A stretch of 64,000 bases of DNA from Azolla caroliniana (taxonomy: Eukaryota > Plantae > Polypodiophyta): the NCBI GenBank assembly GCA_043228905.1, contig JBHGNT010000016.1, positions 17,918,001 through 17,982,000 of the forward strand. The letters are read 5' to 3'. The position numbers and the translations under genes are program-made. Below the pieces are notes generated by a model. The model did not search any database and was not told the origin of the DNA. It saw only the letters and a program-made list of their open reading frames with translations. Within the stretch, counting starts at the first letter, position 1. The number at the start of each line of letters is the position of its first letter. Below are positions 53,352-64,000 of this stretch, one piece after another.

Positions 53352-56300
53352 GAGTCGATATTGGATAGGTCTTGGTAATCCAAGAAGGGATTAGAATGCA
53401 ATAATTTTCAACAACTAAATGATTATCATAGGTGTTAGGACATAAGCATGAGGATCATGAAAACATGATAAATTTCCCTATGGTTTGTGAAAATGAGCCA
53501 TAGGGTGAATTATTTATATATATATACATAAAGTACATCTACAAAATGTGTAAACCATTGACATTAGAAATATATTATATCTATAAATGCAAGCTAGTGG
53601 TCGCAAAGTCTATTTATTTGCATATACCTAGATACTTATTGTAAGACCTAGTTGCCAAATTGTGTACGATCAAAATTGTTGCGTATTTTTAAATTAAGCA
53701 ATGATATTAGATTTGTAACGACTGAAAAACCTTCTTCAAGAAAATATGGCATGCAATACAATAAGGTCATGACCCACACACAGAAAACAATTTTAAGAAT
53801 AATTGATTGAACCCTAGGTGTCTTATTAACAAATAAGATAATTTTAGATTAAAATCCCATTATTCAAGGAAAAATCTCTACAAACTCCAAAGAGATTGTT
53901 TAGAATGTGCTAATTCCAATCCATGGAAGTATGAAAAGATAGCCTTTAAGCAAGAATTCGTTGAAAATGGAATACATCACCACTCTTTGGAATTTGATAT
54001 ATGCTAATCCTAACTTCATTCTGAAGCGACATGACCATATAAAGGAAAAAGGTTTTAATTTATTTAATCTACACCATTTTGTTTTACATATTGCATACGC
54101 TATGACACGTTCAAGGCTGAAGCTAGCTATAATGGAACATTGTAACAACTACATGGGAGACAAAGAAATAGTGGGATGCGTTTTTGTAAAATGTTAAAAC
54201 GGGATTAGAAATTCTAGGGCAATAAAATAGAGAATTTCCAAAAGTAATATATTCTACATTCATTGACTAGTAAATGGGTTGAGGGTCACCGATCAACACA
54301 TCTCTCTTCCTAAAGAAGTTAAAAGAAGTAATGTCACGAATCAAGACATTGTCTTGATGTAAATTTAGGACATCTATACATAGGTGTGGAAACCATTTTC
54401 ATGAATATAAGTTGGTCGCTTGCCAATTAGTTTTTCCCACACTACGTAAAGGATAAAAACCAACTATATTTAAGGTTTAATAACATAAAAAGACAAATGT
54501 CTTGATGGAAGCATTATAAATCAAAGACGAATAAACAATTTATAATTGAAGAGATGGATCAAAGAAACTCTAGATCCACAAACTATGGAAAAATGCAAGA
54601 AGATTATGATGACTTCGAGAGGTTTTGATGAGAACTTGCCACTAGTTTCATGCACCTTGTGCATTTTGATACATAATGTTTGCAATATATATAGTTATAA
54701 CCTTCAGGTTATGAGGATTAACAAGAGCACTTTATAACTTTATTAGAGACAAGGATCATTGTGCGCAAGCTATTTGAGAAAAACAACAAAATACAAAACA
54801 AAAATATGCAGAATACACCACCAAATTTTAACGTGGAAAAACCACGATATCAAGTCTTGAAACAATTCACTATTGATGGATAAAATTTGTACACCAACAA
54901 GACAAAAAAGACTACAAAAAACTCATTGCACATAGCTGATGACGGAACTAGTGATGACCAAGATGTTTGTAATTGATGTACATAGAGGCTCTAATGGTTG
55001 TGGCAATGACGTTGAATAGAGCTCTCATAAATTTTATTGTGCACTCTAACAAAAATCTACCCAGTTTTCTCATTTCCTCACTTTTTAAAAGTGAATGCAC
55101 ATATAAATGTGACCCTTGTCACATTTTGAAATACCTTCAAACATATTGTGGTATTACAACGGATCCTAACCAAGGCCCCACCTAACCAGGGTCACATTGA
55201 CCACACCCAAATTAGGCCCCTACCAAGCCCCCATAATTAGAAGAGCTAATAGGAGCGGGAAAACATCCACCACGCTAAGAGTAGCCTATAAGATGTACTA
55301 AGAGTAGCCTATAAGAGGTAACTTAGAACGTAATGGAAAGGGAGCCATTTTGAGAGCATTTCACATCTTGGTGGAGAAGACGGGCAAAGTAGCCCCAACT
55401 CATGACCCCAACAACACACGCCACGATGCAACACGAAAACAACAACGGCAACGCAAACTCCATGAATCCAGAATTCCTACAACAACAAACTGAAGACCCT
55501 CAACCCACATCGCCAATCGACCAACTGGTTCAGGCCCTGTCCAACATTATTTTACAAGTTAACCATACTAACCAAGCCATGTTGTCATTCCTCTCAGCAC
55601 GGTCCGAGCCACAATAGAATCTCCCGGACCCTCGAGTTCGCCCAGAACCATTCTCTGGCCTACCATCGGAAGACGTCCGCTCTTGCTTGGATCATTTCGA
55701 AATGGTGGCCAGTTACCACCAATGGCCACAACCTCGGAAGGCAATGGAAATGAAGACACTCCTCGAGAATATCGCAACAATATGGTTCATACAACAACCC
55801 GAGGAGACACGCGACAACTGGGATCTGTTACGGGCAGCCATGATTTGGAATTTTGCTGATCAGGACTCCCTTTAGACGACCCTACAACAACTCAAGTCAA
55901 TCGCCCAACAACCACGCGAACCCATCACCCAGTTCGCGGTTCAGTTTGTTTAGATCCTACGTCGGGCTGACACCAACATGTCGGAAGACATGAAGTTGTT
56001 TTTCTTCTGGTTGCGTATACGGCAGGACCTCTACCGCCGTGTACGCGATCAAGGCCCGCAAACACTACACGAAGCCATCCTCACCGCCCAACGCATGAAA
56101 GCTGCAGACACACACGACTTGCACACACCAGGTAATCTCAGTCACGATCATACAAACACTACGCCAGCCGCCACTCCCATGGACATCGACGTCCAGAACG
56201 CGCAATTACGCACCAAGTGTGCATTGCCTGAATGAGATAGCCAGGGACGCCCCAAATGTTTCTACTGCAACAACTATGGCCACATCCAGCATCACTGCCG

Positions 56301-58349
56301 AAAGTGGCAAAATCAACAACAGAAGCAGAACGTCCAATTAGCCGACGCTGCCTCCCTCTCTGAGCTCCCGGAAAACTAATGCGCAGGGTGCCACATGGAG
56401 AGCCACCCCCGCACGTCCACGCCTCCACGTCATCAACTTCTGCCGTTTGTACCACGATCGCTTGCCTCCAACACACAACCCAAGAAGTTCTCCTCGACTC
56501 CGGCATCGACATCTCTTCCATCAGTGCAGATTTAGTTGCCCAATTGCAACTTCCCATGAGCCCCGCACCGCCCATTAAAATCCTCTTCGGCAACCAGCAA
56601 CGGTTGTACCACTCACATACGCAAGTCATGTGCATGCTCACCATCAGTTCCGCTCGGATCCAACATCGTTTCTACGTCCTCCCACGCCAGTTGTTCCCAA
56701 TCACTATGGGCTGCGATTGGTTCTTCCATAGTCAAGCTTGTCTCGATTTCTCCTCGCAATAGCTCGTCCTCCCCAATCACCTTCCGATCGCGCTCTTCAC
56801 TAATCTGCGAGATACCACCCATGACCGATATCTTCTCCCTCGTATCAACGACCTCCTCGACCAGCTCGGAAAATCAAAGTACTTCTCCTCCCTCGATCTG
56901 GCCTCGGGATATTGGCAGATCGGGCTATGAATCCTAAAGATGCCCACAAAATTGCATTCAACACTAGGAAAGGCATTTTTCAGTTCACACAGATGCCCTT
57001 CGGCCTATCCGATGCTAGGAGCACATTCCAGCGAATGGCTAATGCCATCTTTAATGATCTCATCACTCGCCACGTCGTCATCGTCTATCTAGACGATATT
57101 CTGATACATACAAGCACTTGGGCGGAACACCTCCAAGTCCTTCAGGGGGTCCTAACTTGTGTTTAACGCTATCAATTGTAGCTGCAATGGAAGAAGTGTC
57201 GCTGGGGTAGTACGCGCCTCCGCTTCCTCGGGTACATCTCATCCGATGGAATACAGATGGACCCAGAGAAGATAGAAGCAGTCCAAAAATTCCCACGCCC
57301 CACCACAGTCAAGCAGCTTCAACGCTTCCTTGGCCTCCTCACATTCTCTCTCCGCTTCATCCCACGGCTAGCTGACCTGTCAGCCCCAAACGCGTGCTCT
57401 TGCAAAAAGATGCACCCTTCCTATGGACCGACGCTTGCGAATCCAACTTCATGCACCTCAAGCAAACGCTCCAAGCCTCTGACCTCTTGGCACACCCTAA
57501 TTTCACGAAGCCTTTCCATCTCTAGACGGATGCCTCCAATGTCGGCCTTGGCGCGGTCCTGCTCCAATTTGACGACAACGATCAACTACGCCCGATTGCC
57601 TACATAAGCCGGTCACTTACCAAAGCCGAACAAAATTACTCGACAACTGAAAAAGAGTTGCTCGCCATCGTCTGGGCATTCCATCGCTTCCACCCGTACC
57701 TACACGGATCAAACAAATTAGTTGAAACCGACCATGAGCCATTGCTCTCCCTCATAAAGAAGGCTCACCCACCCGGTCGCTTACTCCGTTGGGCTTTGGT
57801 GCTGCATGATTACACATTCACTCTACACTTTCGTCGCGGTCCCTAGAACATCATCGCCGATGGATTATCCCGCATATCCTTTCAGGCGAACCAAATCGCC
57901 TCCAGCACAATTGATTTCCCCGTATCCTCGTCCCAAATGGCCAACATGCAACAACACGACAAAAAGATCCAAGACATCTGCCACTGCCTACGAGCCGAGC
58001 CCACATCATCCCTCACCAAGCAATTCATGATCCAGGATAATGTCCTACTTTTTTGCCAAGTAGGCAAGGAACCCCGGGTCTATGTGACTGAGCAACTGTG
58101 CCTGTCTTACCCTCGTTTCTTCCACGATCACTCGTTGTCCGACCACTTGGGTTTTCACAAGGTGCTAGACAAAATCCGTTGCAAATTCTATTGGCCGGGG
58201 CTACGCCACGAGGTTGCCTCCTACATCAAAGCATGCAACTCATGTTAGGCCATCAAATTACCTCAAGTGGCTCAAGGCCTCTTACATCCGATACAGGTTC
58301 AAGCTCCATTTGAAATCGTTGGATGGGACATTCTGGGCCCCTTTCCCGA

Positions 58350-59364
58350 TGTCGTGAAGATTTTCGGCAATAGTGTGAAAATCCCATAAAACTGTGTGAA
58401 GATTCACACGACAACGGACAACTAAATGTCAAGATATGAGGGTATAAAGTTTGTGAAAGGAAAAGAGAAAATTGTGACATATCCCACATAGGCACGACAA
58501 ATACGGCTCTCATCATATATAAGGTAGAGCAAAAGATATTATCTTTGTGTCTATGTGTGGAGCATAGAGAGTTCAAGGTAACTTGAACTAAGAGTGGAGG
58601 TGGGCTAGCTACTCGTAAAGGGTTTTGGCCAACCAAAACCGGACCGACGATGGAGCCGGTGATCCGGCGCCGGCACCGGTATCCGCCGGTGAGACGACGG
58701 CATCTGGCGGCAACACCGGTATCCGGCGCCGGTGAGACGACGACATCCGACGGTAACCGGCGAGGCACTTGTAACCGACGGCATCCGACGACTAGATAAA
58801 TAAATATATATACATATTTACATATACAAGGAGGGCAAGTAAGGATTCGAACCTTGCATCTCCAAGTTAGGAGTCAATTGGCTTACCATTAAACCATGCT
58901 ATTTAGTTGAAATTATATTTCTATCATTGTACTTTTACATGTAAATTCTCATACATGAGAGCTAAAATGAGTGACATGGTTATCATGCACCACATGTAAT
59001 ACATAAGCGCCAAATGGCAAACATGCAATTTATGCATGTCTTGTACCCTCACATGCATCATATGCATGAGAGCATCTATAAAAGAAGGAAGGGGGAGGAG
59101 AAAAAACACGGTTTTTTTTTATGAAAATTAAGAGGAAGAAATTCGTTATCAAATTGATCGTGTAACTTGTTTCTTAAATCTAAAGTTAAAAGTTCAATCA
59201 ATCTCTCTCAATCGTGTGATCTCAACTTCTCTCTTTCCCAATCTATCTTAAGTACTTTCTCGCTAAAGCTTGCGCCAAAGCTTGTACCGACTTTGAATCC
59301 TTCCGGTCCAGAACCGCGGTGGTTCCGTCTCACGATCCGCGCATAGTGACGGATCTTCACGACA
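58350..59364. mobile_element. Non-autonomous Ginger/GingerRoot-like DNA transposon (alternatively a solo LTR) inserted in the integrase of element E
   Basis: Perfect 12-bp TIR TGTCGTGAAGAT / ATCTTCACGACA and 4-bp TSD CCGA. Removing the insert restores the integrase frame GPFP-ESQEGNKFIL. Confidence 0.75.
58833..58900 (-). other. tRNA-derived fragment (pseudo-tRNA or SINE head, Arg-CCT-like loop) inside the Ginger-like element
   Basis: Minus strand reads GCATGGTTTAATGGTAAG (A box)...GACTCCTAAC...GGTTCGAATCC (B box). The acceptor stem does not pair well. Confidence 0.5.
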
Positions 59365-62300
59365 CCGAGTCACAAGAAGGGAACAAATTCATCCTCGTCA
59401 TAACCGAGTACTTGACGTGTTGGGCTGAGACGGCCACTATCCCAGATGCGAAGACTACGACCATCGCCACCAAACTGTTGGAGAAAATCATCTTCCCCCA
59501 TGGTTGCCCACTCCAAATCTTGTCTGATCGGGGACCCCAGTTCAACAGCGAACTCCTACGTCTCGTTTCTATAGAATTAGGAATCCAACAATTATTCACG
59601 TCACCCTACCATCCACAGATGAATGGATTGACGGAGCGCCTCAACCGAACCTTAAAACAACAAATCTCGGCCTACATCGATCCGCTGCAGTCAACCTGGG
59701 ACCAGATCTTGCCGTTCGTTACACACGCCTACAACACAACTATGCAAGCCTCAACCCGCATTAGCCCCTTCCGGGCCCTTTACGACAAGGACCCGCGCTT
59801 ACCCCCTAGAAGTGGTAGTCCCGCAACCAACCACGCCACTCCACTCTAACATAGTGTCCTGGTGGTCCCACTTGCAACAACTCCAGCCCCTCCTTTGCAA
59901 AGCCATCACGAGCAACCTGCACCAAGCACAACTATGCCAAAAATGCCAACACGACGTAGGCCGCGCCGACCATCAATACCACGCCGGCGACAAAGTCCTC
60001 GTCTATTTCCCCATCCGTTGTCTCGGCCTGAGCGAGTCGCTCATGCACTGATGGATCGGTCCCGTCGAAGTTCAAAAGCAGATATGCAACACTACATACC
60101 TGCTCCGCCGTGCCTCCAACAACTGCTCTACCTTCTCCCACTAGTCTCGTATGAAGCCCTTCCATTAGCTATCACCGCCCATGCCCACGCCCGTGCCATC
60201 CCTCCGCCAAGAACCTCTGTCCACGCCCCGTTGCACTTCGACCGCACAATAACTTTTTTTACAAGGGGGAACTATGGTATTACCATGGATCCTAACCAAG
60301 GCCCCACCTAACTAGGGTCACATTGACCACACCCAAATTAGGCCCCTACCAAGCCCCCATAATTAGAAGAGCTAATAGGAGTGGGAAAACACCCACCACG
60401 CTAAGAGTAGCCTATAAGATGTACTAAGAGTAACCTATAAGAGGTAACTTAGAATGTAATGGAAAGGGAGCCATTTTGAGAGCATTTCACAATATAATAC
60501 TAATGTACTATCTTTTTTTGGAAAAAAAAAGAAAAAAAGTGTGACCCTTGTCACACTATAGTAAAAATAATAACATTTGGGCATCCACGGCCCATTCACA
60601 CACAAAGAATGTGGCCAGAAACGTTAACAATAACACCCTCTAGCCACATAAGAAGAAGATTTTGTTGACCAACTCAATTTGCATAAAGTCTAACGAGCTT
60701 GGCACATACCCGAACCTTTTCTTTTGAGACCATCTTTCTCAACATGTCAGCAATGTTGTCATCAGTGTGAATTTTCTTTAGTTGTGTTAGTTGGCTTCAA
60801 TTGCCAAACATAGCTAATGATATGTCACATCAATGTGCTTTGTACAAGAATGGTACATCGAGTTCTTGCTATAATTGATTGATCTTTGATATTTGCAAAC
60901 GATCATAGAAGTTAGTTGATTCGAACCCAATTTTGAAACAAACATTTTCATCCAAAGCATCTCTTTGCCAACTTTACTCATGCAATATGTTTTGCTTTTT
61001 TAGTAGTAGCCAAGGAGACACACTTTTGTAACTTGGACTGTCGTGATATGGCTCCCCCTGCAAAAGTAATTACGAAAGTGGAAGTAGATTTTTTTCCATC
61101 AAGATCCACTTCCATGTTTGCATTCGTAATATATTCAAGAATTGGTTTAGAGCCTCCAAAACACAAACATTGTCTAGATGTACCTCTTAAATATCTAAAA
61201 ATCCATTTATGACATCCCAATGAGACTTACCAAGACAGGAGAGATACCCACTTACAACACTAATGGCTTGGGCAATATCTGGTTAAGTGCTAACCATAGG
61301 GTATATTAAGGAACCAATCACCAAAGCCCAAAGAACTGAAGACATCTCTTATTTTTCTTGCTTAGTATCTGGACAAGCTTTTCTACACAATTTAAAGTAA
61401 CTAGAAAGAGAGGTACTTACTTTTCTATACAATTTAAAGTAACTAGAAAGAGAGGTACTTACTTTTCTATACAATTTAAAGCAACTAGAAAGAGGGGTAC
61501 TTATTGAATTTGCATGTTGCATGTTAAGCCTCTCTAATACTCGTTAGATTTTTTTTTCTTGTTAAAGCCACAACTTTCCACATTCCCTATTATGAGTCAT
61601 TTGTATACCTAAAATATGCTCACCATGCCCAAAATCTTTCATGTCAAAAGACTTAGATAAGTCCACCTTTAACTTGTGGATCATGTCTACATCTTGTGGA
61701 ACAATTAACACATCATCAACATTCAATAAGAGAAAACAAGACCTAATGTACATATAATGATCTCCATTAGTCCTAATGTAGTATTGACTAATTATGAATG
61801 AATCAAACCCTCTACTTGTTCCATGTAATCTCTTCTCTCAAGTCTCGATGCAAGAAAATAAATTTCACATCAAGTTGCTCAAACTCAAGATTTAAACTAC
61901 CTGACAAACCTAAAACAACTCGAATGAAACTCATTTTCACAATTGATGAGATAATTTTATCAAAATCAATATATTTCTTTTGCCTTAAACCCTTCCCAAC
62001 CAATTGAACCTTATATTTTACAAGTTTATAATCACCTTGTTTCAACTTCAATACCCACTTAATTTTCAAGACTTTTTTTTCCAAAGAAAAACTCCTTCCA
62101 TTAGTTATAAAATTCTACAAATGAGGGTGTTATATACAAATCCCTATAGGGACTCGATAGTTCCATCTTATGTGAATGCCCACTGACTCAAGAAAGGGAG
62201 AGGATGACCATTGTTGAATGAAGGCTAGTCATTGTCTTTCAACTCCATCGGAGCTGCTCTTGAGGCCATCGTATTAGCTCTTTAGAGTGGCTACAACCTG

Positions 62301-63097
62301 ACTCCATATCTCTTGCATTAACATTACTGGATGCGATGTCGTGCCTTTCAGCGCCAGATTGTTGCATGAGTCGGGTGGGAACTGCCTAGGTTTTGGACTA
62401 GGAGGAGGAGAAGTTTAAGGGTAATAAGAATATGAAAGAGAAAGGTAGCAATCTCGTGAATTTCACGAGTATAGTGAATTAGAATAATTAGTATTAAGAA
62501 TCCAAGAAATCAATCCAAACTTTTCAATAAATTGGAGGAGAGATAGAAGAAAATCATGAAACACCCGTATATAATGTATTCAATCAATATTTAGAAACCC
62601 AAAAAATCAACAACCATTACAATTTGCTCCCCCACCCTTATATGGTAATGGGAGAGACTAAGTATATCTTACTACATGCAAACATGATGCTTTTTCTCTT
62701 ACTCGAGTGTTCATGCACAATTGATGTCTTAGCTTTTTCTATGATACTTTTTTTCTTTTAACTCAAGTGTTCATGCACACTAGATGTGCATGAATAACTT
62801 TCTTTATTATGCTTTTTCTTTTAACTCGAGTAATTATGCATGAATAACTTTTATTTCATGTTTATCTAGAATATTTACGTGGGATGAACTTTTGTATAAT
62901 TAGAATCTATAACTTTAACATTCATAATGTGTTAGTTCAATGGTAAGGCTTGGAATTGTTAACATGGAGGTACAAGGTTTAAATCTTGCCCTATGCATGT
63001 AACATAGTTATTTTAGTATTCTCTCCTATTTCTTTATACTTAGTCAATCAGGTACTCTACACATATTTTATGTACTGTACAAAGCACACTATGACAC

Positions 63098-64000
63098 TGA
63101 GAGGAATAGGGCTCGGCCACAATCGAGCCTTACTCACTGGATGGAAGAAAACAGAAAATAGAAATAAGACATACACAAGATGTTAACGTGGAAAACCCTA
63201 ATAGGGAAAAACCACGGGAGCCCACAAACTCCAACTATCACTATGAGAGGAATGATACAATGCGAGACTCAGAAGCAACGACCTCGAGCTCTATGTCTTC
63301 GCAAATCGGCGATTACAAAAAAAAAGAAGCTTTCTGTTTATATCTCGCTCTCTCTATACACCAAAATGATAACAACCAACGACTACATCAAAGTGATTGC
63401 CCTAAGTCATATTTATATTTATATGATTTTAGGACTATTTACAAATATGGCCATGACAGGCACACTAGAAACATATTTACAGATATGTCCCTAGGTCCGG
63501 TTCATATTGGATCCATCCGAATACCTTCCGGATCCGTCCGGTCCGGTTCCTTTCTTTGGCTCGTCCAATCCGTCGCATCCTAATCCCATCCGGAGGGACC
63601 GAATTCCCAACAAGCTCCCCTTCACTTCGGCATGGGATGTCTTGTCAAACCGATCCGTCTCCTACACACATTCACCTTGTCGACTGGCAGCAGCTTGGTC
63701 AACATCTTCGATCCGTTCTCCTCCGTATGGATCTTTGTTAGTAAGAACTCTTTATCTTCTACCTTTTCTTGGAGCCAATGATATCTCCTCTGGATGTGCT
63801 TGCTCCGTGAGTGGTAGGCCGCGTTCTTTGCGAGGTGGATGACACTTTGATTGTCGCAGTAGAGCCGGAATTCCTCCTGCGGGATCCCTAAATCTCTGAT
63901 GAAGTCCTTCATCTAGATTACCTCTTTGCCGGCTTCCATGACTGCCATATACTCCGCTTCCGTTGTCGACAATGCAGCGGACTTCTGCAGCCTAGATTGC
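63098..64000 (-). mobile_element. Ty1/copia element G, 3' end (RNase H, PPT, 3' LTR); runs off the right window edge
   Basis: RH fragment 63622-63912 (LYCDNQSVIHLAKNAAYHSRSKHI). PPT GTGAAGGGGAGCT next to an LTR ending at 63612. LTR left end approximate. Confidence 0.88.

Larger units (their letters stand above)
55147..60491 (+). mobile_element. Ty3/gypsy element E with 219-bp LTRs, 4-bp TSD and tRNA-Ala-like PBS; decayed, RT N-terminus deleted
   Basis: LTRs 55147-55365 and 60273-60491 (~8 differences). TSD ATAT (55143-55146 and 60492-60495). PBS TGGTGGAGAAGACGGGCA 55369-55386; PPT AAGGGGGAAC 60263-60272. Gag with CFYCNNYGHIQHHC, PR LLDSG, RT YLDDILI, RH, INT ILSDRGPQF / YHPQMNGLTERLNRTL. Confidence 0.93.
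54760..62130 (-). mobile_element. Old Ty1/copia element F: 3' LTR split by gypsy E, followed by degraded RH/RT
   Basis: LTR halves ~54760-55146 (contains ACGTGGAAAAACCACG) and 60492-60629 (...GTTAACA). Minus-strand RT/RH fragments 60978-61220 (GGAISRQSKLQKCV), 61562-61753 (NVDDVLI) and 61812-62084. A 41-bp tandem repeat x3 at ~61381-61503. Left boundary approximate. Confidence 0.7.

Noticed and set aside
62361-62684. Possible solo LTR (TGTTGCATG...CATGCAAACA)
   Set aside because: Flanks CAGAT/TGATG give no convincing TSD and there is no second copy in the window.
62926-62995. tRNA-like sequences here and at ~14715-14765 and 58833-58900
   Set aside because: Only degenerate A/B boxes and no intact cloverleaf, so not called as functional tRNA genes.

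Overview
Eukaryotic, transposon-rich plant nuclear DNA, most likely from a fern or other seed-free vascular plant (inferred from the PPR C-terminus type and the retroelement lineages). About two-thirds of the window is nested, mostly decayed LTR retrotransposons: three Ty3/gypsy, five Ty1/copia and one solo LTR. It also holds a LINE remnant, one Mutator-type and two hAT-type MITEs, a Ginger-like TGT...ACA element, tandem repeats and a 100-N gap. Host genes are an intronless 938-aa PLS-E class PPR gene (17877-20693), a complete 7-exon type I ROP/RAC GTPase gene (43891-47327) and a candidate orphan 112-aa helical protein (53013-53351, minus). The most unusual structure is the Ty3/gypsy element at 21471-36195: it has a tRNA-Arg primer-binding-site-like sequence inside BOTH LTRs in inverted orientation and no polypurine tract. 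Also notable are a non-plant-like gypsy with a 4-bp TSD and tRNA-Ala PBS, and the Ginger-like element nested in its integrase. All identities and counts were read by eye; no searches were run.
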